This document shows positions 13,327 to 23,640 of a stretch of 64,000 nt of DNA, in pieces (the first letter of the stretch is position 1; each line of letters begins with the position of its first letter). The notes below the pieces were generated by a model, which saw nothing but the letters and a program-made list of their open reading frames with translations, did not search any database and had not been told where the DNA came from. Position numbers and translations under genes: made by a program. This stretch comes from Felis catus (taxonomy: Eukaryota): assembly GCF_018350175.1 (NCBI RefSeq), contig NC_058368.1, positions 171,060,001-171,124,000 on the forward strand. The letters run 5' to 3'.

Positions 13327-14609
13327 GATGGGCATAAAGCAGCCTGGGCCGTACCCCCTCCATGGCCGGCCTCATCACTTCTGTTTCCCCTTTAGCAAGG
13401 GCAGGGAGACAAGATGGATCCCCTCCCAGCTGTGATAACATACAGGTGATGGGAAGCTGTTGGGCAAGGAAAATGGCAGTTGTTTATAAGGTGGAAGGTA
13501 ATTAAGTTTAAGGAGGACTTCTCTTATGTTCAGAAATAGGAACCTCTGGATGGAATTACCAAAAAAGGTAGTGGTAGCTCCGTTTTAAGACTTTTCTTTC
13601 AGATTGGACAAATCCTGAGTACATGGAAGGCAGCTGGGATTTAGTTCTGCCCTAAGGCTCCTTTATCTTAATAAAAGTTGAGGGTAAATAGGACACTTCA
13701 CCAAAATCTGAGATGTGCATTAATTTCAAAAGTAACTCCCCTGTGTAAAAGTCCTTCCTGACACACACATGTCAAGACTCGAGATTTCTCAGAGAGCATC
13801 GGATTGCCTCTCCAGAAACTGATCGCCCAGTTTGGGGCAAGGTCACCTTCTGCCCCTCTCCCTTCTCTCTGGCCTTTATCTCAGAGGCCTGTTCCTTAGC
13901 CTCTGTTCAGGTGAAACTCAAGTGTCTGAACCCAGCCAGCCACTTTTGCACCTTGTGGTAAGGCAATGAAGTTTCATTGTCATTGGAAGGAGAAGAGAGC
14001 AGCTGTGTTTCTCATACAGGGAGAGGATGAACCCCCTGAATTTCTGGGTTTCAGGGTCACAGGAGACCTCCAGGAGTTGTGATGCCATTTTACCATGTGC
14101 TAGATTCCAGGTAGCTGGACCCCTATGAATTAGTGACTTAAAATCGTGTCTCAAATTTGTATCTTCTTCCAAGCATAAGCCTTTTATCTGTGTATTAAGT
14201 GCAAATATGCCATGAAGACGTGAGGGCTGGTATCTTTGGGATAAAGAATGCCATAAGGTAGGTCTTAATGGCAAGGAGTAAGAAAGAGTAAGTTTTGAGG
14301 TGTGTGGGAGTACCCTGAAAGGGGAAAGAAAAAGTGTAGAAATAAAAAGGGTCTTGGTTTAATTCTTCTTTCTATCCAGAGGCAGCTCTCCAAAACCATC
14401 CCGACAAGCCACTGCCTCACCCCTCATCTCGTAAAACCTTCAGAAGGGAACGCACATGAAAGGCAGAGCAGATTCTATCTCTTTCCAGATTTGCCCTTCG
14501 GTCTACTTTTGGGGCTCTGAGAACACATGAATTAACATGAACCAGGGAAAGCATTCAAAAGTAGGCCTCTCCAATGATGAGCCAAGCCAGTTACCTTACA
14601 GCTTGCATA

Positions 14610-14615
14610 TTTATT
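14610..14615 (-). terminator. Distal polyadenylation signal AATAAA of NREP
   Basis: Plus-strand tttatt at 14610-14615, at the distal end of the 3'UTR-like block. Confidence 0.75.
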
Positions 14616-15019
14616 GAACAAAGACTACTAAAATAGCTAAAATACACTGGGTACTTGTGAGTGCATCAGTAAAGATCACATTGTTACAAAAGCCTGCATT
14701 TTCAGCAGCGCACAACTGCAACTCTACATAAATGCCACAGATGCAGAATACTGTTTTCTTGCTCTATTTACACAGCTGATATACCTATTCTAACAAAGGA
14801 GGGAGGAGGAAAATGCACAAGAAACTCAGGCCAGTGGGGGAGCAAGAAGAGAAAGAAGAAGTTACATGCATCATCTGTGTTAACAGTCAGAAGCATGACA
14901 GGGCGGGACAGAGCCTGCCTTGTCAAAGGAAGAGCTACAAGACAGTTATATAAAAATTAAGGTGGGCTTTCAGACTGGCTAACACAACAACAATCCATGA
15001 GAAGATGGTATTGTCTGAT

Positions 15020-15025
15020 TTTATT
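15020..15025 (-). terminator. Candidate proximal polyadenylation signal AATAAA
   Basis: AATAAA with an upstream UGUA (15073-15070) and a downstream GU-rich element TTGTTGTTGTGTT (14993-14981). Confidence 0.5.
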
Positions 15026-15652
15026 TTTGTTTATCCTTTCATTGGGAGCAAGGACAAAAATGTAAAATCTACACCTTGCTTCTCAAAACTGCCGGAAAAG
15101 AGTGCTCTGCCTTTTAAAAAAAAAATTTTTTTATAGATAGGTTTTCCAACTTGACTTTTGGGAATGGTGTAATTTGCATATACCTACTCAGATGCCAGTG
15201 TTTTGGATTTTTTTCTGGAGGGCATGTATTTTAAAAGTTTGCCCTTCCCCCCCCCCATCCCCCCCCATATCCTTTCAAACAAAAAGAACCAAAAGAGACA
15301 CCTAAAAATGCCTGTCAAATTATTGCTTGTCTTTCTCTAAGCTAGGCAGGCGAGGCTACCGGAAAGAAGAGATTTGGTAAGTAAGTTACAGTTTTGTGAT
15401 TGCTCCCGCTCCACTGACTGCATGTCCATGAGCGCCAGCCAATGAGACGTGAGTCTCTTACTCTCTCTGGTAGCATTCGCCAACCTACCACGCTGAAGAA
15501 GAAAGCCACACTGAAGACACGAGGAAAACAAGTCAATCCGGTCTAGAGAACAACATTCAGGGAAACAGAGTACCAACACCTTCTTAGAACATGGAAATAA
15601 AATATAACTCCGTCAGAGCTACCTCGCCAAGGAGCATGTTGAAAGTCCAAAA

Positions 15653-15672
15653 TAGCACCATTCATCAGTGTC
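15653..15672 (-). promoter_or_regulatory. Near-perfect miR-29b-3p site (TDMD trigger) in the NREP 3'UTR
   Basis: mRNA 5'-GACACUGAUGAAUGGUGCUA-3' against miR-29b 5'-UAGCACCAUUUGAAAUCAGUGUU-3': nt 1-10 paired, nt 11 U:G, nt 12-14 bulged, nt 15-22 paired, nt 23 U:G. Confidence 0.95.
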
Positions 15673-16207
15673 TCAGGTCCTGTGGCAGCATCTCGGTCAC
15701 TTACCACAAGGAAACAATGAGTTTCAAACTACTTCTATACATCAAAAGGGTACATGGATAAAATATAGAGATATACAGACAATTGATGAACATAAACTAC
15801 TAGGCTTGTTACATCTAAATGAAAAAAAAAATGGGGACTCTCAGCCTCTGCAAGAAGCAGTAGGGAGCTGTGTGAGTAAAGGCAGGAGTGGACCGGTTGT
15901 GTGACAGCAGAGGGAGTCTGAGTTGTGGAAGACATCGTCATCGAGAACCAGGCCTGAAGGCCCACCTGTAAGGGTTGTAAACGTGGATTCACAGTGTGAA
16001 ATTCTGAGCGTTTTCACTTGAGTCAGAATGATTAAAAACTGGTTTGATGATACCTATTTGTCCACTGTAAATTCTCTAAAGCAAGGCTCAGAGTCCCATA
16101 GTTTCTTCTTATACTTGATGATTTACACAGAAAAAAATCCCATATATGATACCATGACCTCATCAATACCCATACACCATATGTAATACAAATGGAGGTG
16201 TTAACGA

Positions 16208-16333
16208 TTAAAAAGAGTGGAGGTAACTGATGCCTGGGGAGTGGAGTTCACTGCTGCCAAGTGGAGTCAGGGAGGCAGCCTCAATCTTGTCATCCTTCTT
16301 GCGGTTCACCTCCTTGGGGACAGGAAGGCTTCC
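16208..16333 (-). CDS. NREP: NREP terminal coding exon (aa 28-68 plus TAA)
   Basis: Acceptor ttttcag|GGA at 16334/16333. Translates GSLPVPKEVNRKKDDKIEAASLTPLGSSELHSPGISYLHSF*, matching the P311 C-terminus as I recall it (LPVPKEVNRKK...AASLTPLGSSEL..SP.ISYLH.F). Stop codon at 16210-16208. Confidence 0.97.
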   Translation of the reverse strand, partial: GSLPVPKEVNRKKDDKIEAASLTPLGSSELHSPGISYLHSF

Positions 16334-19300
16334 CTGAAAAGCAGGTGGACCCACACACAAACAGATGGACACACACACACACAAAAGGCACTTAGTCATG
16401 CTTGTGAAACCATTTGAAATTTTTTGCCTCTCCCTCCCGCCTTTTATCCTTGAACTCCCGATGTTTTGCAGAGTTTACATATTAAACACAGTTCACCTGA
16501 ATGTAAATATTAGGTCTGTGGGGGCATGAAGTAATTAAACACTAGCTGCCTTGGCTTCAGTAGAATCAAGTGCTTCTCTGATGGCTGTGCCCAGCCATGT
16601 GGGAGGCAGCATTCCCCAGAGTCAGGTTTCCGAGGACAGTTTCTAGTATCAGACAGGGCCCAACATGAGGTTGGGTAAGAGGTGCTCATGAGCATTAATA
16701 CATTTTGCTTAAAGCATTCAATGGCTGTGGAGGTGGGTAATTGCCTGTTTGACAACATATAATAAAAAAATGTTTAAAAGAATATCACAGCTTGTACAGA
16801 TGTAATTTATGTATGGTTCATTCTCTGAACACCTGGCCCAGTCCATGTGGGTCTGATAATCAGAATCACAAGCGGTACCAAAGGTGGGAGTGGGAAAGAG
16901 GGAGACAGTGTGAAACCCAGGCCAGGAGAGAGTGAGATCAGCGAGTTTGGCCTGGGGCTATTCTAAGTCTGTCCTCACAAGCCTGATAAGTGAGGTGTTT
17001 GTGCTTCTGTCTAGAATAATCCAACTGCAATGTGACTGATGCTCCATCAAGCACCCGCGAGGAGAAGCTCTCCATCATAACCAAACAGCAAGAGGGCAGG
17101 TCAAGGAAGCCCGTTTGCCCAAGGTGTAATTGAAAAATACAGGGCTAACCCTGTATGCCCCAATCAGATACGAAAATAGTGATTTGACAACAGTCTGTCA
17201 GCCAAACCATTAATTGCTGTAGTTGTCTCAGGTACATTATCCAATATGGTTTTAAGAGATTTTTTTTTCCCTTTTTGCTCAGGTGACATATTCCAATAGG
17301 ACATTTATAACAAGCTATTTTGACTGGATATGAGTAAAGTAATAATCTTGCTCTGAGGTCTGTAAATTATGGCATTTGAATTTCTTTTTAAGAAGAATTC
17401 AGAAGTCAGGGACTTTAAAACAACTTGAAATTGAATAAATGTTTTCAGCAGCCCCAGGATGAACTAAATGTAATAGATAACTTAGCTTTAATAAGTCTTA
17501 TTTACTGTATAGATTTTTCATGTTAAACATCTGGTATGCCTAAATTTGGGTTTAAAAATTTCAGACTCTGCGAGCATACTACATTTCCGGATGTAGAGAA
17601 AATCCACTCAGTATGTACTTCAGTGTTCCAGTCTTAGACTGTGATTTAGAAGTTGTTTTGGCACAACTAAATAGCAATAGGACAAAATCAGAAAATTGAA
17701 TTAAAATATAATTACCACTCACACACAATTAAGGATCTAGGTAAGTTTCCAAAATCATTATATTGGGCAGTCTTTTACAGTTGTGAAAATAAATTTAATC
17801 ATGATGTTTTGGCATACAACCCCAAGATTTTTTTTAAAAACCCACTATAATCCTGGTGCTTTTAAAATGTGTGTTCTTGCTCCTCTATCAGCCATCAGCA
17901 CGTTTCAAGATATGGAAGACTTAGGTTTTGGATAAATGAAGAATTCAATGGCTGCTAATTATCACAGGCCAGGAAGGGAAATCAAAAGTTCTTAAGTGTT
18001 ATTTCACTCAACTGCACTCTATACGTGACTGGCCTTAAAGTTGCTTACTTTAGTTCATACTTCGTTCGTTAATATAGAGTGAATATATAGAACATTTGTC
18101 TCTACGTAAGTGTCTGTCTTACTGATCTTTTACCTCTGTGGAAAATACACAGCAAAACCAAATGAAGAGTTGGGTGGGATTCTGGGTAATTTGGGGAGAG
18201 GTCTTTCCAGACCAAAAAATACGAAGGAGATTATTTCAGATTTGAAAGTACCATTTTTACTGTTTTTTTCTCTTCTGAGCCCCCCCCAAACATTTATGTC
18301 CTCTTTAATTTTTCATGTTCTGAGTGCCTACTGTGGCTTGAGTACTCAGATTTTAAGGCTACCAAGATTAAAACAGAGGCAGAAACAGTCCCTGTCCATC
18401 CTGCCCTTCGGCAACTTGCTGTATAGGAGATACCCAAGTGACTGGACATTGCAAGGAAGTGGCGGTAAGCCATGCAGGCAGGTGTGCTAGCAAAGCACCC
18501 TGAGGGACCACAACCCAACAAGCCTAGGGGGAGAGAAGCTCCTGGGGAGAAAAAGTTCTGCACATCCTCCCTTTGGAGGCTGGAATTTACTAGATTTTAG
18601 CCCTTAATCCCTGTCCCTCATTTTTTGAAAAAAAAGAATAAAGTCTGCACCCACTGAAGCAACTGTAGGCTTCTGCAGCAAGGGAAGACTACAATGTAGT
18701 CTTATTTCTCCAGAAGTTAGGCCTTGTAAGAATTCAGGCAAAACTAATCCTATCTTCCTCCATTATCCAGCACATAATGGCTCCCAAGGACTGAGGATCT
18801 TCAGCAATCTAGAAGGCTGGAGAAGCAGGAACAGATGCGTCCAGTGACTTCCACAGACCGGTGCTCCTGGATGCTCCTGTGGCTCATCTACCTCAAGCCG
18901 GGTGGTCCCTCTCTGCTGAGGACTGTTAGTGTATGAATCCCCCAATTACTAAGTCATGTGGCTCGGATCGAGTAAGTCAAAATTATTTTTCTCTATTATG
19001 CAAAGATATGCTTTTCTACAAAGAAAGGCTTGGGAAGGACAAATATGCTTAAAGTACTCTTCACATATGAAGAGAGGAAAGAGAGTAACAGAAGACCTGA
19101 ATCTCAGGATTCATTGTGCCAACCTCCTGGAGGATGCCTCAATGGAGGCAAGGCCGATGACCTGGATGGGCCTTCTAAGAAAAAGGGAGGCATTGTTGAC
19201 CTCGTTGAAGAACCTGCCTAGTCTTGTCACTCTGGTTGATGTCACCAGTATCAAGGACTTCTGGATGGCTGAATGGGACAGAAATAGTGAAAACACTATA

Positions 19301-20380
19301 CTCTCTTTACCCCTTCCATTATCATGTCTTACCCTCAGCTGCTCGGACGAATTATGCCCTGAGCTTCTCAGTAAAGGATGTCGAGAGTTACACTACTGCT
19401 GTTGGTAAGGTGACGGTGTGGCAGTGTGGTAGGGTTGCGTTGAGGCGGTATGGTGCAGGGGCTGTGCTAGGGGGGTGGTTGAGTGGTAGGTGGTGGTGGG
19501 GAGGTAGTCTGGTGAGGTGGGGTGTGTGTGTGTCATAAGTAAAGCTCCAGTACACTAGCTCACCTCCATCCCAGCTCTATAAGACAGCACAAGTGTAGCT
19601 AGAGCACGGCCAGAATCATTTTGTTCACCCACTTTCCTAATAGTGGTTTCACTCTGCACCGTCAGAAGTTCTCTGAAAGACTAAAAGTGATTTAGAACTG
19701 TTTTCTCTTAATGCAAACTGCCAGTTGACACAATCTCTTCAAGTTCTGCCTCTCAGTAAAAGGGAACTGCTGAAACCATTTAGTGTAAGTAAGAATTTCT
19801 CAAACATTAAAAAGTCAATAAGATCTGGGAAGGCCTCACCATTTGTCAATTACACTTATGAAACTTTTAAATGGAAATTTTATTTTCAGTGCACTTTTTC
19901 TTTCTTAATTGCAAAATCAACAGGTCAGTGGTAAAAAGTACAGTCCTCCTCCTTAAGGTCAAATTGTTATTTACCTTAACAGGAAAGTCCAAAGGTATCT
20001 ACCCTAAAAACTGTTGCTGTTGGAAATGGTGCTAAAATCCAAAATGTAAATTTGACAGATTTTCTTAAGGCAGAAAACTGTCATACCTAAGATGTCAGAA
20101 CAATGAAAGCATGTTTGTAGAAAATATTTTTAGGCCTAACAATTAGAAGAAAGAAAAATAATAGTTTTTTACGTTCCTTCTGTTTTGTTTCTTGGGGAAT
20201 TTCATCAGACATTTGGGCACTATTACCAGACAAAAGTGTCATCATCTTCTACCTTTAAGATATTTTTCAGTTTAATCACCATACAGGAGTTTATCTACCC
20301 AAGTATGGAACAAATTGAAAACCTGTAAAATGTACATTGGATAAATTGATTCCACGATTCTTATATGATATATATAAGAA

Positions 20381-20382
<2 letters not shown>

Positions 20383-20431
<49 letters not shown>

Positions 20432-20432
20432 T
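20383..20432. repeat. (TA)n(CA)n compound microsatellite
   Basis: Directly visible, about 170 nt into the last NREP intron. Confidence 0.95.
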
Positions 20433-20598
20433 AATACATATACATACATATTCGTATATTTTATTTCCAAAGTTATAACAGTATCATGTCAATGGATTAT
20501 TATTGTAGACTAGATGGATATTAAAAAAGACACTGATTTTTTTTAATTGCCTTGAAATTGAAAAAAAAAATTAACAAAATGGTAGGTAGGGATCTTAC

Positions 20599-20676
20599 CT
20601 TAGGAAGCCTTCCCTCCATTTCCTTATTTGGAAATGGTTCTTGACTGACCCAGACAGAGAGCTCTGGGTAATAAAC
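20599..20676 (-). CDS. NREP: NREP internal coding exon (aa 2-27)
   Basis: ttatgtctctgtag|GTTTAT...CCTAAG|gtaaga. It is 78 nt, phase 0/0, and translates VYYPELSVWVSQEPFPNKEMEGRLPK. It joins the terminal exon in frame to give 68 aa in total. Confidence 0.97.
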
Positions 20677-21369
20677 CTACAGAGACATAAAAGCACACAC
20701 ATTCAAATTAAAAACAGCATCTACTCTGAAACCACACGGGATCAACTTCATGAGCTCAATCCCCCTCAGTGTCACTTATTTCCTGATGGCAACTTGGAGC
20801 ACTGGGGAAGCCCATCACCTCTTTCAGACTGTTGTGTGCTTCCAAATGTATACTGCACTCAGGAGAGTTCTGGCTCAGTGTCTCTCAGGACTAAGTCCCA
20901 ACAGAACAAAGATGTCAATCAGTGTTACCTTTAGCATGCTAAATGGCAGCCTTATGACATGACTGGCTGAGCAAACTAAGGTACTGGGGAGGCCTAACTT
21001 TCAAAGCAACCTATGATAAGTATGCTTGCAAAACTCCGTGAGATAAATGTGCCACACACCCATAAAACACTGTTAGGGGTTATTCTGATAATTGATTATA
21101 AAGTTCAACATTATGCACAAAGCATGAGGGCAGGAACAAGTGGCCTGCATTCTCCCCAGGTCCATGTGGCCCCTGGCAACACTGTCCCGTGCCTGAAAGT
21201 AGCAAAGTGTCCAAGAGAGAGGCAGGGAGATGGGCAGCATCGCCATGAATGACTCAGAGTATAGCAGCTGATGAATCTGGGGGTGGGGGCAGAGCTGGGA
21301 CAAGGTGGAGAGCGTGAGTCAAACTGAGTAATTCTTCTCTAAATATACAGAGGGTATTATCATAAGAAG

Positions 21370-21655
21370 GTTGCTGACCAGCTGTTCTCCATCTCTGGGA
21401 AAGACAGGAGTAGGGGGTTAGGAATTAAATTACAACATGGATTTAGGTCAGCTATAAGGAAGGACTTGGCATAAGAATTGTTAAATTACTGAAAGAATTT
21501 AAAGAAGAAAAACTGTGAAATTTCCTTCAAGAAATTTAGAAACAGAATCTAACAGCCATCTGCCAGAGTTAATTCACATTTGATATAGCCTGGCTTGAAG
21601 GGAGGGGAGAGGACGGGAGAAAATTAGATAAGATTCCCTCCAGATCTGATTCACT
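21370..21655 (+). mobile_element. Ancient CR1/L3-like 3' fragment
   Basis: Degenerate ctgttctccatct...aaattacaac..gatttaggtcagctataaggaaggactt...acagccatctg motifs. Confidence 0.45.
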
Positions 21656-22911
21656 AAATGCTCTAAATAAGCCTCACATTTAACAAATAATATTGAGAAT
21701 CACATCTCACTACTAGGTTAACAAGCAGAGGTAACATCTTTGGTTTTGGAAGCAGAGATGTGGTAGCCTAGTCACTGGGCTAAGTGTAATGTTTTCAGTG
21801 TCCCAGGTAATCCGCTTGGTCAGGGGGCCTGAGGTAGGAGCAGTGGATGGCTGTGTTGATTCTTTGGGGGTAGTTTAACAGTACCCATCTTTGCCATACT
21901 CCAGTAACGTTTATGGCACATCCCAGTTAGTTTTGCATATATCACCCTAATATATCCTGACAATAAACCTGTAAATAGGTCTTCTCATTTCAGAGAGGAG
22001 AAAACAAAAACTCAAAAAGGTCATCCACTTGCCCAAAGCCACAAGTGAGTGGAGGATAGGACATGAACTAAAACTAGACTTCCAGATTCTAAACGTCAGT
22101 TCTTCCCACTACCCCGATGCCCTCAAATCACCCCAGAATGCAAATTGCCTATCACCTCTCTTGCATCTTAAATATTTGAGAGCTCATCCTGCAAGAACTG
22201 GACCTATTTTCGTACTTTGGACAGGTCTGCTTTCTGGGCCACGTGGTTCCCCCAGCCTGAACCTCCTTTCTTTTGTTCAGCTTTCCCCTCCTGTGCTCAG
22301 ATCCTTCTGGGAGAATTCTACCACCTGCCTCATTTGGGACAGACAAGTCACCCCTGACACTCCCTCTAACCGGGAATGGGGGAAGACCACAAAATTGCAA
22401 TCTAAAATATATAAGCTTTTTTTAGGGTTTAAAACAATGTCACAGCATACAAAGTACCAATTAGTGCTTAATTTAAGGAGATTCCCAACTGGAATCAACT
22501 GTAGATTCACTTAATATAAATATAAAATGATTACATTTTTACATTACTACTACCTTTAAAAACAGGCTTTAAGTACAATTTCAAATATTACACATATAGC
22601 GAGAAATGAAGTTCCATTGCAAACCAAAAATGTTGACACAAATACATGTGAAAACTTAGGCACACGGACACCATGAGAAGTAATATCAAGTAAATGTTAT
22701 GTCTCTGTTCTTGAGCTTTTCTGTGACACTCCATCTTAACAAAATGACACTGCTTCCGCATTTAACTTCCCAGGTTCAAAGCATCACTATGAAAGCTGCT
22801 CAAGTCCAATCTGCAGGGATAAATAGCTTGCCTCATAAATCATTTTGCTTGTTACTTTTACAATTTGTTTTTTCTAAGAACTTTCCTTTTTTTTTTTTAA
22901 ATAAAAACAAT

Positions 22912-22944
<33 letters not shown>

Positions 22945-23640
22945 CAAAGAACTCAGGAACATGAGTATCTGATAGTAAAACCCACAACTAAGGAAACTTC
23001 CTCCCCTAACCCAAATTGGTCCTTTTGAAACATATTTAATTTAGCCACAAATTGACCAAGGGCATTTTTTAGTGTTTGAATCATAAAGTAATCATTGTAT
23101 TCTTTAGGAAAAAGAAATGTCACTTTGGCCTTGTGGTAAATTCTTCCAGTCTCCTTGAGACTCAGAACTTCAAGCCAAAAATGGCAGGGATAGAGAAATC
23201 TTAGTTACATTCTTAAAACTTGCTTGGTTGGTCTCTAAGAACTCAGCATACCCCTGGCTATAGCATCTAAAGTGGATATTTAACCTTTTTTGGATTTGGA
23301 AAAAGTTGGTAGATTACTGGAAATACACTACCTACATTACAGCTTGGTTCTTTTTCATACTAGTGGTGTTTTGAGACTCTAAAACAAAGGACTTAAGGGA
23401 AAAGATCTAGGACGACCATTACCTCAGAACACCTCAGAATGCCTTTGCCCATGCATGCATTCACTTCAAGTATGGGAAGCACCTGCAGTGTGCCAGGATA
23501 CTGCTAGAGTCTAGGGATTGCAAGAAGAGAAATACAGTTCCTGCCTCTTAGGAGCGCAAATCTAGTTGTGCCAGCGGTGGGGGGTGGGTGGGTGGGGGGG
23601 CTTGATGACAGACCTTCAAAAAAGATCATTTCATAGAAGG

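Larger units (their letters stand above)
14590..16207 (-). other. NREP: NREP 3'UTR (about 1.6 kb)
   Basis: Repeat-free sequence from the stop codon to AATAAA at 14615-14610. It contains the miR-29b site. The exact cleavage point is estimated. Confidence 0.85.

Noticed and set aside
15337..15579. 80-aa and 64-aa minus-strand ORFs within the 3'UTR
   Set aside because: They have non-ATG starts, lie downstream of the stop codon and resemble no protein I recognise. The nearest ATG (15592) is followed by a stop after two codons.
16334..16399. N-terminal part (MTKCLLCVCVSICLCVGPPAFQ) of the listed 63-aa ORF
   Set aside because: It is intronic read-through upstream of the ttttcag acceptor. Only 16208-16333 is NREP CDS.
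18956..19408. 150-aa plus-strand ORF ending at a TG|GTAAGG donor-like site
   Set aside because: It has no recognisable homology or supporting exon structure, and its length is compatible with chance in 64 kb over six frames.
22029..22514. 161-aa plus-strand ORF
   Set aside because: It has a non-ATG start inside a MIR fragment and no protein similarity.
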